Below are positions 1-10,442 of a DNA stretch of 64,000 nucleotides, in pieces; within the stretch, counting starts at the first letter, position 1; the number at the start of each line of letters is the position of its first letter. Origin of the DNA: Candidatus Nanopelagicales bacterium (lineage in GTDB: Bacteria; Actinomycetota; Actinomycetes; S36-B12); the NCBI GenBank assembly GCA_017857705.1, contig JAFMCP010000002.1, forward strand, positions 7,506-71,505, read 5' to 3'. A program made the position numbers and the translations under genes. The notes beneath the pieces are model-generated. The model saw only the letters and a list, made by a program, of their open reading frames with translations, searched no databases and was not told the origin of the DNA.

Positions 1-1738
1 CATTTTCGATTCCAGCAGTAAGTTCACTGCCATTGGGTAGATCGGAAGGATCCACGCCCGCCGTTATTAATGCATTAATTGAGCCCTGCGCAATTGCCGA
101 AATCAGTTCGTTGCCGGTGACCCCAACAGCTGGCAAGGAATCGGCATCAATGTTCCAGGCTTGTGCAATTTCAGTGCGAGCGGTCGGATCAGAAATTGGT
201 CGACCGCCAGGAAGCAGGCCGGCCAAGGCACCCGCCTCGAGTGCCCCCCGCTCCCCTGCGCGCCGAGGCACCCAGGCAATACGTGCACCAGTTTTTGCGC
301 CCAATTGCGAAACTGCACTGAGCGCACCCGGACTGGAAGCTGCTCGCTCTCCGACGAAAATAATCGAATTGCTGTCAAGTGCGCTGATGACTTCTGAATC
401 AAGGCCCTTGATTGCTTGTGCTTCTGAACCTGCGTTTGCTTTAATCCAATGTGCCGAAAGTTTTTCACTTCCCAGTGAATAGAGCGGACCGACTGTGTGG
501 ACGGTAACACCTTTTTTGACACCCTTGCGCAATCGCAGGAAAAGAATCGGTGATTCATCTTCGGGTTCAAATCCGACGAGGAGCACCTGGGAGGCTGTTT
601 CGACATCGGCGTAGGTGACATCTAACGTTGTTCCGGCTATATGTGCCGCCAAAAACTCTGCTTCTTCAGTTGAACTAGCTCGTGCCCGGAAATCTAGGTT
701 GTCAGTACCCAAAACAACGCGGGCAAATTTAGAATAGGCATAAGCGTCTTCAATGGTTGCTCGGCCACCGACAAGGACCGCTGATGTTCCTGCAGCAGCA
801 AGTCCCGCAGCAGCAAAGTGCATGGCCTCCGGCCAAGATGCCGAGCGAAGTTCCCCATTTTCACGAATGAGTGGCGAATCTATACGTCCATTTGCAAGAT
901 ATGCAAAAGCGAATCGGCCCTTGTCGCAGCTCCACTCTTCATTGACTTCCGGGTCATCCCATGCCAAGCGTCGGGTGACCGTGCCGCGGCGGTAATCGGT
1001 GCGAAGTGAACACCCTGATGCACAGTGCTCGCATGTCGTAGGAACAGACACTAAATCGAATGGCCGCGAACGGAATCGGTAAGACGCACTTGTTAGGGCA
1101 CCAACGGGACAAATCTGTACGACGTTTCCGGAGAAATATGATTCAAATGGCTCGTCATTAGCGGTGCCGACCTGTTGTTGAGCCCCACGCTCTAGTAACT
1201 CTAGGGATGCATCCCCTGCGATTTCCTCCGCAAAACGAGTACACCTAGCGCACGAAACACAGCGCTCGCGGTCAAGAAGTACCTGAGCGTTGACATTAAT
1301 GGGTTTAGGAAAGGTGCGCTTTTCACCCTCGAAGCGCGACTCCGCACGACCAACGGTCATTGCCTGATTCTGCAATGGGCACTCGCCACCCTTGTCACAC
1401 ACGGGGCAGTCCAATGGATGATTTACGAGCAGGAATTCCATAACGCCCTCTTGGGCAATCCGCGCCATTTCCGAAGAACGTTGGGTTCGAACATTCATCC
1501 CTTCGGAGAGCACTTGAGCGCACGCCGGTTGGGGCTTGGGAACTCCGTCAATTTCAATGAGGCAGGCACGACACGCAGCAACAGGGGTGAGCAAAGGGTG
1601 ATCACAGAAGCGAGGAATCTCAATACCGATTTGTTCAGCAGCCCGAATGACAAGGGTTCCTTTAGGAACTTCCATTTCAATACCGTCGATGACCACATTG
1701 ACATGGTCAGTTTTTTCCGTGTGATTTGTAACGGTCAT
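1..1738 (-). CDS. nuoG: NADH-quinone oxidoreductase subunit G (first ~579 codons; 3' end runs off the window)
   Basis: Absent from the ORF track because no stop lies inside the window. My own translation from ATG 1738-1736 gives [50 protein letters not shown]...[11 protein letters not shown] (2Fe-2S N-terminus) and [20 protein letters not shown] (4Fe-4S motif). I spot-checked the frame at both ends (nt 2-61 and the 5' end) and saw no stops; the interior was not checked codon by codon. TAATG overlap with the nuoF stop. Confidence 0.9.
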   Translation of the reverse strand, partial: MTVTNHTEKTDHVNVVIDGIEMEVPKGTLVIRAAEQIGIEIPRFCDHPLLTPVAACRACLIEIDGVPKPQPACAQVLSEGMNVRTQRSSEMARIAQEGVMEFLLVNHPLDCPVCDKGGECPLQNQAMTVGRAESRFEGEKRTFPKPINVNAQVLLDRERCVSCARCTRFAEEIAGDASLELLERGAQQQVGTANDEPFESYFSGNVVQICPVGALTSASYRFRSRPFDLVSVPTTCEHCASGCSLRTDYRRGTVTRRLAWDDPEVNEEWSCDKGRFAFAYLANGRIDSPLIRENGELRSASWPEAMHFAAAGLAAAGTSAVLVGGRATIEDAYAYSKFARVVLGTDNLDFRARASSTEEAEFLAAHIAGTTLDVTYADVETASQVLLVGFEPEDESPILFLRLRKGVKKGVTVHTVGPLYSLGSEKLSAHWIKANAGSEAQAIKGLDSEVISALDSNSIIFVGERAASSPGALSAVSQLGAKTGARIAWVPRRAGERGALEAGALAGLLPGGRPISDPTARTEIAQAWNIDADSLPAVGVTGNELISAIAQGSINALITAGVDPSDLPNGSELTAGIEN

Positions 1739-3039
1739 TAGGCGCGCGCTCCCGAAAATACGTATGAAGCTAATGGATCAAATTGGTCATCCGCGCTGGT
1801 GTGAGTCGCGGCTGTGAATTCATCGCTGAAGTACTTAATCGCAGCCGGATATGGAGTTGCTGCAGCGTCGCCGAGTGCACAGAATGAACGCCCTGCGATC
1901 TGTCCACACAATGTTGTCAAGGTTTCCATTTCACTACTTGTGCCATGACCGTGTTCAAATTTTTCAAGGACCCCGGTGATCCAGTAGGTACCCTCGCGGC
2001 ATGGTGTGCACTTGCCGCAGGACTCGTGCTTGTAAAACTCAAGCCAGCGGGTAACAGCTTTCACAACTGACACCGTTTGGTCAAAAATCATGGGGGTGCC
2101 CGTCCCCAGCATTGACCCGGCCTCGACCATTGCTTCGTAAGTCAAAGGGAGATCAAGGTGATCTGCTGTCAACATGGGCACACTTGACCCACCGGGGAGC
2201 CAGAACTTTACTTCGGCACCGGGGCGCATGCCACCAGCAAAGTCGAGTAGTTCGCGCATTGTGATTCCCAATGGCGCTTCATAGATTCCCGGTCGTTGTA
2301 CGTGACCCGACACTGCAAACACTTTGAATCCGGGGGACTTTTCAGTTCCGAATTGACGGAACCACTCAACCCCGCGATCAACAATGTAAGGGATGTTCGC
2401 AATTGTCTCGACGTTGTTAATCACCGTCGGTGATGCATAAAGCCCCGCAACAGCTGGAAACGGTGGTTTCAAGCGAGGTTGTCCTCGATAGCCTTCTAGT
2501 GAATCAAGGAGTGCGGTTTCTTCGCCGCAAATGTATGCACCCGCGCCAGCATGAACCGTGACCTCAAGATCAAAACCAGATCCCTGAATGTTTTTCCCAA
2601 TGAGACCTGCCTCGCGTGCTTGCTTGACCGCAAAAGCAACCTTGCGAATCGCTGCTGGCACCTCACCTCGGATATAAATGAAAGCATGGTTTGCCCGAAT
2701 AGCGAATGAGCTGATAATCACGCCTTCGAGCAGTGCGTGCGGGTTCGCCATCATGATCGGGATGTCTTTGCATGCACCCGGCTCAGATTCGTCGGCATTC
2801 ACCACTAGGTAATGCGGCTTGCCGTCATTTTGTGGAACAAATGACCATTTCAATCCGGTTGGGAAACCTGCTCCCCCACGCCCGCGCAGCCCACTGTCTT
2901 TGACAGTGGCGATGATCGAGTCAGGGTCCGACTTGAGCGCCTTAGCAAGAGCTTCGTAACCACCATGGCTTTTATAACCGTTGAGTGTGTACAGCTCTGG
3001 GTCGTCCCAATGCTCGGTAATAACCGGTGTCAATTTCAT
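1738..3039 (-). CDS. nuoF: NADH-quinone oxidoreductase subunit F
   Basis: Carries the [10 protein letters not shown] (NADH/FMN site) and [12 protein letters not shown] (4Fe-4S) motifs. I chose the start at [13 protein letters not shown] (ATG 3039, ATGA overlap with the nuoE stop) rather than the ORF-track start at 3099. Confidence 0.95.
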   Translation of the reverse strand: MKLTPVITEHWDDPELYTLNGYKSHGGYEALAKALKSDPDSIIATVKDSGLRGRGGAGFPTGLKWSFVPQNDGKPHYLVVNADESEPGACKDIPIMMANPHALLEGVIISSFAIRANHAFIYIRGEVPAAIRKVAFAVKQAREAGLIGKNIQGSGFDLEVTVHAGAGAYICGEETALLDSLEGYRGQPRLKPPFPAVAGLYASPTVINNVETIANIPYIVDRGVEWFRQFGTEKSPGFKVFAVSGHVQRPGIYEAPLGITMRELLDFAGGMRPGAEVKFWLPGGSSVPMLTADHLDLPLTYEAMVEAGSMLGTGTPMIFDQTVSVVKAVTRWLEFYKHESCGKCTPCREGTYWITGVLEKFEHGHGTSSEMETLTTLCGQIAGRSFCALGDAAATPYPAAIKYFSDEFTAATHTSADDQFDPLASYVFSGARA

Positions 3040-3704
3040 GATTGCTGCGCTCCAGACTTTGCAATTTTCAAACCAGCAAGCATTTTTTCGTCGACGCAAT
3101 TCCCAATAGTTGCGAGGTCATCTTCAGCCATCGCGAGCGTGTGCTCGGTTGCCTGGAAATCACGAATCATTGGTCCCCTGGTTGACCAAACTTCTTCACC
3201 AGCGGCAAGTTTGTCAATCACGTCAACGGCGCTTTGTGGGGTTACATCGTCCATGAATTCCCAGTCAACAGTCATGACCGGTGCATGGGTGCAGGCAGCT
3301 TGACATTCGATCCGCTCAAGCCAGAAGTTACCGTCGGCGGATGGACCGTTGTGAGTAGCGCCTAATCTCTCGGCAACACGCTCGTAAACAGCGTCACCTC
3401 CGAGAAGTCCACACAGAGTGTTGATGCACACACCGATGTGATGTTTTCCGACTGGACTGTGCTTGTACATGGTGTAGAACGTTGCTACCGCTGTTACTTC
3501 GGCTTGAGTGATCTCAAGTTCTTGCGCGCAAGCGGCAATGCCTTCTGTCGTTACTTCGTCTTGTTCTGCTTGTACCAAGTGCAACATGGGCAAGAGTGCA
3601 GAACGAGGATTCGGGTAACGCCCGGCCAGCTCCCGCATTTTGATGCGAGTTGATTCAGTTATCACGTTTGGCTCGTCTCTCTGGAACATTTTTTCCTGTG
3701 ACAT
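3036..3704 (-). CDS. nuoE: NADH-quinone oxidoreductase subunit E
   Basis: 222 aa. Cys pattern GVCINTLC...IECQAAC of the 24-kDa 2Fe-2S subunit. Sits between nuoD and nuoF. Confidence 0.9.
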   Translation of the reverse strand: MSQEKMFQRDEPNVITESTRIKMRELAGRYPNPRSALLPMLHLVQAEQDEVTTEGIAACAQELEITQAEVTAVATFYTMYKHSPVGKHHIGVCINTLCGLLGGDAVYERVAERLGATHNGPSADGNFWLERIECQAACTHAPVMTVDWEFMDDVTPQSAVDVIDKLAAGEEVWSTRGPMIRDFQATEHTLAMAEDDLATIGNCVDEKMLAGLKIAKSGAQQS

Positions 3705-5045
3705 TTATCGATCCACTCCGCCCATGACGGGGTCGATACTTGCAACCGCGGCGATCACGTCGGCGATCATGGAACCCTCGCTCATTGCCGCGACGGCTTG
3801 CAGGTTGTTGAAAGATGGATCCCGGAAGTGAACGCGGTACGGGCGAGTACCACCGGTGCTCACAACGTGTGCGCCAAGTTCACCTCGTGGCGATTCAATG
3901 GGGACATACGCCTGACCAGCAGGGACGCTGAAACCTTCGGTGACCAACTTGAAGTGGTGAATGAGCGCTTCCATGGACTCACTCATGATTTTTTGAATGT
4001 GCTCGGGCGAATTACCCTGCCCGTCACCGCCAATGGAAAGTTGTGATGGCCAAGCAATTTTCTTGTCCGCAATCATGATCGGACCTGGCACCAAACGGTC
4101 AAGGCACTGATCAACAATGTTGAGTGACTCGCGCATTTCGGCAATTCGATTGAGGAAACGGCCGTACGCGTCAGAAGTGGTTTGGGTGGGAACTTCAAAA
4201 TCATAGTTTTCATAGCCGCAATACGGCGCGCTCTTGCGAAGGTCATGTGGCAATCCGGTTGCTCGCAGTACCGGGCCCGTGATGCCGAGAGCCATGCAAC
4301 CGGTGAGGTCAAGGTACCCGACCCCAACGGTGCGTCCCATCCAGATCGCGTTGTCCACCAATAGATCGGAGGTGTCCTTCAACCGTTTGCGCAGCAGAAC
4401 AACTGTTTCTCTGATTTTTTCCTCAGCACCATTTGGCAAATCGATGGCCACTCCACCTGGTCGGATATAGGCGCTGTTCATGCGCAATCCGGAGACCATC
4501 TCGAAAATATCCAGGACAAGCTCGCGCTCGCGGAAACCGAAAATCATCGCGGTGAGAGCCCCAAGTTCCATACCACCGGTTGCAAGGGCAACTAAGTGCG
4601 AGGAAACGCGGTTCAGTTCCATCATCATTACTCGGATTACGTTGGCACGTTCGGGAATTTGATCCTCGATACCGAGTAGTCGCTCAACAGAAAGGCAGTA
4701 GGCCGTTTCATTAAACATCGGTGCCAGGTAATCCATGCGAGTTACGTAGGTGACACCTTGGACCCAGGTTCGAAACTCCATGTTCTTTTCGATTCCGGTA
4801 TGTAGGAAGCCAATTCCGCAACGAGCTTCGACAACCGTTTCACCTTCAAGTTCCAAAATCATGCGAAGCACACCGTGTGTGGATGGGTGCTGGGGTCCCA
4901 TGTTGACAACGATCCGCTCGTTCTCGCCCTCAGGTGCACCGACGATTGAATCCCAGTCGCCTCCGCCAAGGTTGTAAACGGTTCCTTCTGTTGTGTCGTA
5001 AGAACCCGAGAAAGGGTCCACGTTTGTAAAGTCGGTGGTAGTCAT
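3705..5045 (-). CDS. nuoD: NADH-quinone oxidoreductase subunit D (canonical 49-kDa subunit)
   Basis: 446 aa. Carries [16 protein letters not shown] and a C-terminal [11 protein letters not shown]. Lies in nuo operon order. Confidence 0.95.
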   Translation of the reverse strand: MTTTDFTNVDPFSGSYDTTEGTVYNLGGGDWDSIVGAPEGENERIVVNMGPQHPSTHGVLRMILELEGETVVEARCGIGFLHTGIEKNMEFRTWVQGVTYVTRMDYLAPMFNETAYCLSVERLLGIEDQIPERANVIRVMMMELNRVSSHLVALATGGMELGALTAMIFGFRERELVLDIFEMVSGLRMNSAYIRPGGVAIDLPNGAEEKIRETVVLLRKRLKDTSDLLVDNAIWMGRTVGVGYLDLTGCMALGITGPVLRATGLPHDLRKSAPYCGYENYDFEVPTQTTSDAYGRFLNRIAEMRESLNIVDQCLDRLVPGPIMIADKKIAWPSQLSIGGDGQGNSPEHIQKIMSESMEALIHHFKLVTEGFSVPAGQAYVPIESPRGELGAHVVSTGGTRPYRVHFRDPSFNNLQAVAAMSEGSMIADVIAAVASIDPVMGGVDR

Positions 5046-5737
5046 TAGTTGTACGACCTCCGGTGATCTGGTGAGGGGATACTCGCGCCTTTGTATTCAA
5101 CGGGGATGCCGCCCAGTGGATAGTCCTTACGTTGTGGATGCCCCACCCAGTCATCAGGCATTTGAATGCGCGTCAGCGCTGGGTGTCCATCAAAAATAAT
5201 TCCGAAAAAGTCCCACGTCTCGCGCTCATGCCAATCCGCGGACGGGTAAAGCCCGACAAGTGAGGGAATGTGGCGGTCGGAGTCGGGAATCGTTACTTCA
5301 ACTCGAATTCGACGATTATGGGTGAGCGAGAGCAAACTGTAAACAATGTGTAGTTCACGATCAGTTTCCTCAGGGAAATGAACTCCGCTGACGCTTGTAC
5401 ACATTTCGAATCGAAGTGCTGGCTCGTCCCTGCACTCGGTCATGAAAGCAATCAGGTTTTCGGGCTTAACAAAAAAAGTCATTTCGCCACGATCAATAAC
5501 AATCTTTTCAACTGCTCCGCTTACTCCGGCGTCGAGCAATGAAAGTGCAAGTTCTTCAGCGACTTCGTCGAACCATCCGCCGAAGGGTGGCAGTGACGCG
5601 CCCGGCATAACAATCGGCGAGACCAAACCACCGAAACCGCTTGTGTCACCCGATCCAGACGTACCAAATGCGCCCTTTCGGACACCTACGAGGTCAATTT
5701 CAGCGATGCCCTCGGGAACTACGGGAAGTTCGGTCAT
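5045..5737 (-). CDS. nuoC: NADH-quinone oxidoreductase subunit C
   Basis: 230 aa. 30-kDa subunit motif [16 protein letters not shown]. 1-nt overlap with nuoD. Confidence 0.9.
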   Translation of the reverse strand: MTELPVVPEGIAEIDLVGVRKGAFGTSGSGDTSGFGGLVSPIVMPGASLPPFGGWFDEVAEELALSLLDAGVSGAVEKIVIDRGEMTFFVKPENLIAFMTECRDEPALRFEMCTSVSGVHFPEETDRELHIVYSLLSLTHNRRIRVEVTIPDSDRHIPSLVGLYPSADWHERETWDFFGIIFDGHPALTRIQMPDDWVGHPQRKDYPLGGIPVEYKGASIPSPDHRRSYN

Positions 5738-6288
5738 CGAAGGAGCCCCTTCATTTCCAATACCGATGGTGCAGCCAGAGCAATTTGCTCGTGTTCGACT
5801 ATTTGTTTCTTACGATTGACGCCCAACTTCATGTCTTGGATTTCGTCATGGATTTTCAGGATTGCATCAATCAGCATTTCAGGCCTTGGTGGGCATCCGG
5901 GTAGGTATACATCGACGGGGACGACGTGGTCCACACCTTGAACGACGGCGTAGTTGTTGAACATTCCGCCACTTGATGAACACACACCCATGGCAAGCAC
6001 CCATTTGGGATTGGGCATTTGGTCATAGATTTGGCGAAGAACCGGTGCCATTTTTTGACTCACCCTGCCGGCAACAATCATGAGATCTGCTTGACGGGGT
6101 GATGCCCGGAAAACTTCCATTCCAAATCGGGCAATGTCATAACGCGGGCCACCCGTAGCCATCATTTCAATCGCGCAACATGCCAAACCGAAAGTGGCCG
6201 GCCATAGTGATCCTTTGCGTGCGTATCCGGCTACTTGTTCAACAGTGGTGAGCAGTATTCCCGAGGGCAACTTCTCTTCAAGACCCAT
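5734..6288 (-). CDS. nuoB: NADH-quinone oxidoreductase subunit B
   Basis: Carries [10 protein letters not shown] and GCPPRPE (cluster N2 ligands). I chose the start at MGLEEKL (TAATG overlap with the nuoA stop); the ORF track extends to 6318. Confidence 0.9.
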   Translation of the reverse strand: MGLEEKLPSGILLTTVEQVAGYARKGSLWPATFGLACCAIEMMATGGPRYDIARFGMEVFRASPRQADLMIVAGRVSQKMAPVLRQIYDQMPNPKWVLAMGVCSSSGGMFNNYAVVQGVDHVVPVDVYLPGCPPRPEMLIDAILKIHDEIQDMKLGVNRKKQIVEHEQIALAAPSVLEMKGLLR

Positions 6289-6647
6289 TAATCCCACTCC
6301 AATCCGCCGCGGCGCCACTCAAATGCATATGGCAAACATAAATTTATCAGGAAAAGGAAAATTGCGATCAGTCCAAATGCGCCAAGTGCATCGGCTGAAA
6401 CTGCCCAGGGGTAGAGGAAAACAAGTTCGATATCAAAAATGATGAACATCATGGCCGTGAGGTAGAACTTCACGGGGAAGCGTCCGCCACCCATGGGTTG
6501 TGGAGTTGGTTCGATTCCGCATTCGTAAGCAGCGTATTTCGCCCGGTTGTAGCGCTTTGGTCCAGTGAAACTGGCTATCACGATGGAAAAGACGGCAAAA
6601 CCGAAGGCCAAGATTCCGAGCACCAAAATCGGTGTGTAGACGTTCAC
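6288..6647 (-). CDS. nuoA: NADH-quinone oxidoreductase subunit A
   Basis: 119 aa, three hydrophobic segments, YECGIEP motif, GTG start. First gene of the nuo operon. Confidence 0.9.
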   Translation of the reverse strand: MNVYTPILVLGILAFGFAVFSIVIASFTGPKRYNRAKYAAYECGIEPTPQPMGGGRFPVKFYLTAMMFIIFDIELVFLYPWAVSADALGAFGLIAIFLFLINLCLPYAFEWRRGGLEWD

Positions 6648-6716
6648 GCGCGACCTTTCACATGCTCTACGACTGGAACTGTTTCGGCCGGGATTGCGCC
6701 GACTGAACTTGAGCGA

Positions 6717-6734
6717 TTGTGAATTCCTTCACTA
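6717..6734. promoter_or_regulatory. Candidate Rex operator (ROP) upstream of nuoA
   Basis: TTGTGAA-TTCC-TTCACTA against the consensus TTGTGAA-N4-TTCACAA: one half-site is perfect and the other has one mismatch. Lies 70-87 nt upstream of the nuoA GTG, inside the only 105-bp intergenic gap here. rex is encoded at 23137-23838. Confidence 0.6.
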
Positions 6735-6752
6735 TCGAATCAAGCATAGTGG

Positions 6753-7451
6753 TTAATCCTTAGGAGCGACCGCCCGGTGGATACTCACGATTCCACCGGT
6801 GAAATTACGCCACCGGACCCCGTGCCAACCAGCTTCAGCAATGTCAGTTGCCAATTCCCTTTGAGTAGGCCAAGCACGGATTGATTCCGCCAAGTACCGA
6901 TATGCGTCAGGATTTGATGAGACTCGATCTGAAAGTACGGGCAACGCAGCCATCAAGTACTCCGTGTACACCTTTCGCAGGGGTGTAAACGTGGGATGGG
7001 AAAACTCACAGATCACGACCAACCCGCCGGGCTTAGTGACTCGCAGAAATTCTTTCAGGGCCACCATTCGATCAGCGACATTACGCAGTCCAAAAGATAT
7101 CGTGATCCGGTCAAACGTTGAATCGGGAAACGGCAGCGCTAGAGCGTCTGCCGCGACAAAGGGAATCGTGGGATTTCGGTCTTTTCCAACTTCAAGCATT
7201 CCCAATGAAAAATCCGCAGCAATGACTTTTGCGCCAGTGGCGGTAAAGGCCGCAGTAGATGTTCCTGTGCCAGCGGCTATGTCAAGAACTAGTTGCCCCG
7301 GTTCCAGCTCCAAGGCTTTTCGAACCTCGCTACGCCAACGACGGGTTTGCCCCAGAGCCAATATGTCGTTAGTCACGTCGTATTTGGCGGCTACCGCGTC
7401 AAACATCGCCGCAACTTCGGCTGGGTCCTTATCCAAATTCGCCCTAGGCAC
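6753..7451 (-). CDS. menG: Demethylmenaquinone methyltransferase (UbiE/MenG family)
   Basis: 232 aa. SAM-binding VLDIAAGTG plus the UbiE-type FGLRNV motif. Lies within the men gene neighbourhood. Confidence 0.9.
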   Translation of the reverse strand: MPRANLDKDPAEVAAMFDAVAAKYDVTNDILALGQTRRWRSEVRKALELEPGQLVLDIAAGTGTSTAAFTATGAKVIAADFSLGMLEVGKDRNPTIPFVAADALALPFPDSTFDRITISFGLRNVADRMVALKEFLRVTKPGGLVVICEFSHPTFTPLRKVYTEYLMAALPVLSDRVSSNPDAYRYLAESIRAWPTQRELATDIAEAGWHGVRWRNFTGGIVSIHRAVAPKD

Positions 7452-7534
7452 TCGCTTAGTCTGTCAGAGATCACGCTAAGTGCGAACTTCAGTTCCAAGT
7501 GGTCGAATTAACCGGCTGGCCCTAGGCTCCACGA

Positions 7535-8788
7535 ATGAGCGCGATTGAGCAGTCGGGTGCTTTGCCCGATCAGGAACACTTAACGTTTCGTACCCGCGCA
7601 CTTGATCATGACGTCGAACTTTTACGGCATTTGCCCGTTGAGAAGCCTCTGGCTTGGGTTCGTGGCGGTGAGGGGCTCATCGGTTGGGGGGTCGCCGCCA
7701 GGTTACAAGTTCGTGGAGACGAAACCTTCTCACGCACGCAACGCTGGTGGAATCGACTTCTCACCAATGCTCATATTGAGGACACCGTGAGCCTGCCCGG
7801 TACGGGCCCCGTCGCCTTCGCTTCATTTGCATTCGACCTTAACAATCTCTCCGAAGTTGTGGTACCCAGTGTCGTTATCGGTAAGCGTGGCGGCCAAACG
7901 TGGATGACAACAATTGGCTCAGCAAGCACCGCCCTACCTCCCGTTTCAGTTCCTGTCGGACCTTCCGCGGTCCGCTGGGCGGAGGGCAGCGTTCAGCCAT
8001 GGGAGTGGGAGCAGTGCGTTGCGACTGCCGTAAATCGGATCACGGCCGGTGAACTCGACAAAGTGGTCCTCGCGCGTGATTTGATTGCCCACATTGATGG
8101 GACCCTCGATGTTCGCTTTCTCGTCAACGCTTTAGCAAATGCCTATCCCACGTGCTGGACATTTGTCGTGGAAGATCTTTTTGGAGCCACTCCTGAATTA
8201 CTCGTTCGACGAACCGGTGGACTAGTAACAAGTCGGGTCTTGGCAGGAACGGTGAGGCGTCAAGGGGACAAAGGAACTGATGCAGACTTGGCTTCTGATC
8301 TCATGAGGAGTCAAAAAGACTTAGCGGAGCACGCGTATGCGGTCAATTCCGTCGCAAAAGCGTTAGCAACCCACTGCACTGACCTCGACGTTCCCGAGCA
8401 GCCACGCGTTCTCGAGCTGGCGAACGTTCAACACCTCGCAACCGATGTCACGGGTCAACTTGCAGACGAGGCACCTATCTTGTCCCTCGTGGCATCGCTG
8501 CATCCAACGGCCGCGGTGTGTGGAACTCCGACTGAACGTGCCAAAGTGGTAATCGCCGAGTTGGAAGGAATGAACCGTGGGCGTTATGCCGGTCCAGTTG
8601 GTTGGTTTGATCAACGCGGTGACGGTGAATTTGGGATTGCACTTCGATGCGCCAAAATTGACCAGGGAGCTAATACAGTCCGATCATTTGCTGGATGCGG
8701 AATCGTTGCTGGGTCAATCCCCGAACTCGAGCTTGCCGAGTCAGCAGCGAAACTTGCCCCAGTGCGTGATGCGCTCGAAAGCGGTTAG
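7535..8788 (+). CDS. menF: Isochorismate synthase
   Basis: 417 aa. Chorismate-binding C-terminus: HPTAAVCGTP, GRYAGPVGW, GEFGIALRCA. Confidence 0.85.
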   Translation: MSAIEQSGALPDQEHLTFRTRALDHDVELLRHLPVEKPLAWVRGGEGLIGWGVAARLQVRGDETFSRTQRWWNRLLTNAHIEDTVSLPGTGPVAFASFAFDLNNLSEVVVPSVVIGKRGGQTWMTTIGSASTALPPVSVPVGPSAVRWAEGSVQPWEWEQCVATAVNRITAGELDKVVLARDLIAHIDGTLDVRFLVNALANAYPTCWTFVVEDLFGATPELLVRRTGGLVTSRVLAGTVRRQGDKGTDADLASDLMRSQKDLAEHAYAVNSVAKALATHCTDLDVPEQPRVLELANVQHLATDVTGQLADEAPILSLVASLHPTAAVCGTPTERAKVVIAELEGMNRGRYAGPVGWFDQRGDGEFGIALRCAKIDQGANTVRSFAGCGIVAGSIPELELAESAAKLAPVRDALESG

Positions 8789-10437
8789 TGTGACATCACC
8801 TTTTCAAATGCAATAATCCCCGGCCCAAATTCCGGCGCGGGTACCTGATTCCAATTTTGGTTGAGCAACATTTTGCGCATGATAGCATTGTCATTGAGTA
8901 CGTAAGCTACTAATTTGGTGTAGCCCAACCTAGCCGCCAAATCCTGAGAATGTTCAAGCAAGATTTTCCCGATTCCTTGACCCTGATATTGGTCTTCTAC
9001 CAGGTAGGCAATTTCCCCAGTGTGCAAGTCTGTGGCGGAAAGCGGGAAAACGTTTGCTAAAGCCATTAATTGGTTATCTCGGTCGGTAACTACAAGAGTT
9101 ATACCCCTGTGCCCGCCACTCACCCGGCGTAGATTCTCTTCGCGCCACGTATTCTTCGGAGTAAAATATCGCTGATAAATGGATTTCTCTGATGATCTTT
9201 TGTGAAGTTGTTCAACCGCCAACGTGTCTTCGGGGCGTGCCAATCGAACCAACACTGGATTATTGTTTGTCAATTCTTCAACCCACCCGAATTCACTCGT
9301 TACCCCACTTGCTGTGATTAGGGCTTCGACCAATTCGAGTAATGCCGAAGCGCGTTGATACTCAACTTGGGTAAATGGTGCGGCTTGCCTACGCAAAATC
9401 ACATGGTGATCCAATGTCCATTGAAGCCGAAGGACATGTTCCGAGGAATTCTCCCCGCTTGTCGCCTCGACTACCTCCCAAGATTGAGCAAGCACTAGAT
9501 CCGCTGCCGCCTGAGGGGCAAATGCGGGAGTAGTTGCCAGAACACTGCTGAGCCTGAGAACTCGAGTTGCAACATCAATGGCATCATTTTCATTTCCGTT
9601 GGCGACAATGACGTCTTTGCCCACTGAGTCAATGGCCTGTCGAAGCGTCGCTCGGTCCATGTTCTGCGGAGCTTTGATGATGGCGTCAATCTGTTGATCC
9701 TCGCTAGGCAAATCAATCGAAGTTAATTGAACGACAGCAACGTTGAGTAACGACAGCACACGGAGAAGTCTGGCCGTAGCACTGGGTTTGCCTTCGAGAG
9801 TCGTTCGCACTCGCCAAAAGTTTGGTAGATCACCCGGATGAGGAATTACCGGGTCCGTTACTGCCAAAGACTCAAGTAGTCGAGCGCTCAATGCGTTCCA
9901 ATGAGCCTCGCTGACACTCACAGGTAACACCGGAGCCAACATTGCAATGCCGATGCCTACGGCAATGATATGCAGGACTACCGAGTCAATATCCACTGTT
10001 GGATCAATGAGGCCGTGCTCCCGCATTTTGAGCACTATTGCACGGGATTTCATCCAGCGATGCTCAATCCGCTTCGCTAGGACCTCGCGCAATTCCGGAT
10101 CAAAAGGAGCACCCGCCAAAGCTGCGAGTTCGATCGAATCCCATGCGCTAGCCGGGTCTCCCCAAACATCGCGTGAAGCCGATAGCAATAAATGCAGGGC
10201 GTGATTCTCACTTGAATCTAGATTTACATCAAAACTTTTTGTGACGGATGAATAGGGCAAAGAGGAAATCACGAGTCGCAGAAATTCCGAACGATTCTTT
10301 GCAACTGACGTTACCGTGCCTGCCGAATAGCCGGAAGTCTCTGCAATTTCACGCCGTGAAATATTAAGAACACCGAGAGTAACGTACAGATCGGTTGCAG
10401 CGCGAAGAATTTTCTGTCGCGTTGAATCTGCGACCAC
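8785..10437 (-). CDS. Multidomain protein: N-terminal TetR-like HTH, ~300-aa uncharacterised central region, C-terminal Pat-like GNAT acetyltransferase
   Basis: GTG start 5 nt after the menD stop. N-terminus KILRAATDLYVTLG...ISRREIAETSGYSAGTV resembles a TetR HTH. C-terminus has SIYQRYF and QYQGQGIGKILLEH (acetyl-CoA site, Q/RxxGxG/A) and resembles the GNAT domain of bacterial protein lysine acetyltransferases. Confidence 0.7.
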   Translation of the reverse strand: MVADSTRQKILRAATDLYVTLGVLNISRREIAETSGYSAGTVTSVAKNRSEFLRLVISSLPYSSVTKSFDVNLDSSENHALHLLLSASRDVWGDPASAWDSIELAALAGAPFDPELREVLAKRIEHRWMKSRAIVLKMREHGLIDPTVDIDSVVLHIIAVGIGIAMLAPVLPVSVSEAHWNALSARLLESLAVTDPVIPHPGDLPNFWRVRTTLEGKPSATARLLRVLSLLNVAVVQLTSIDLPSEDQQIDAIIKAPQNMDRATLRQAIDSVGKDVIVANGNENDAIDVATRVLRLSSVLATTPAFAPQAAADLVLAQSWEVVEATSGENSSEHVLRLQWTLDHHVILRRQAAPFTQVEYQRASALLELVEALITASGVTSEFGWVEELTNNNPVLVRLARPEDTLAVEQLHKRSSEKSIYQRYFTPKNTWREENLRRVSGGHRGITLVVTDRDNQLMALANVFPLSATDLHTGEIAYLVEDQYQGQGIGKILLEHSQDLAARLGYTKLVAYVLNDNAIMRKMLLNQNWNQVPAPEFGPGIIAFEKVMSH

Positions 10438-10442
10438 AGGTC

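Noticed and set aside
33-621. ORF-track entries 33-482 (+), 103-621 (-) and 161-397 (+) at the left edge.
   Set aside because: They lie antisense or out of frame to the open nuoG reading frame, which has unmistakable NuoG motifs. Their products are Ala/Arg/Ser/Pro-rich, typical of shadow ORFs.
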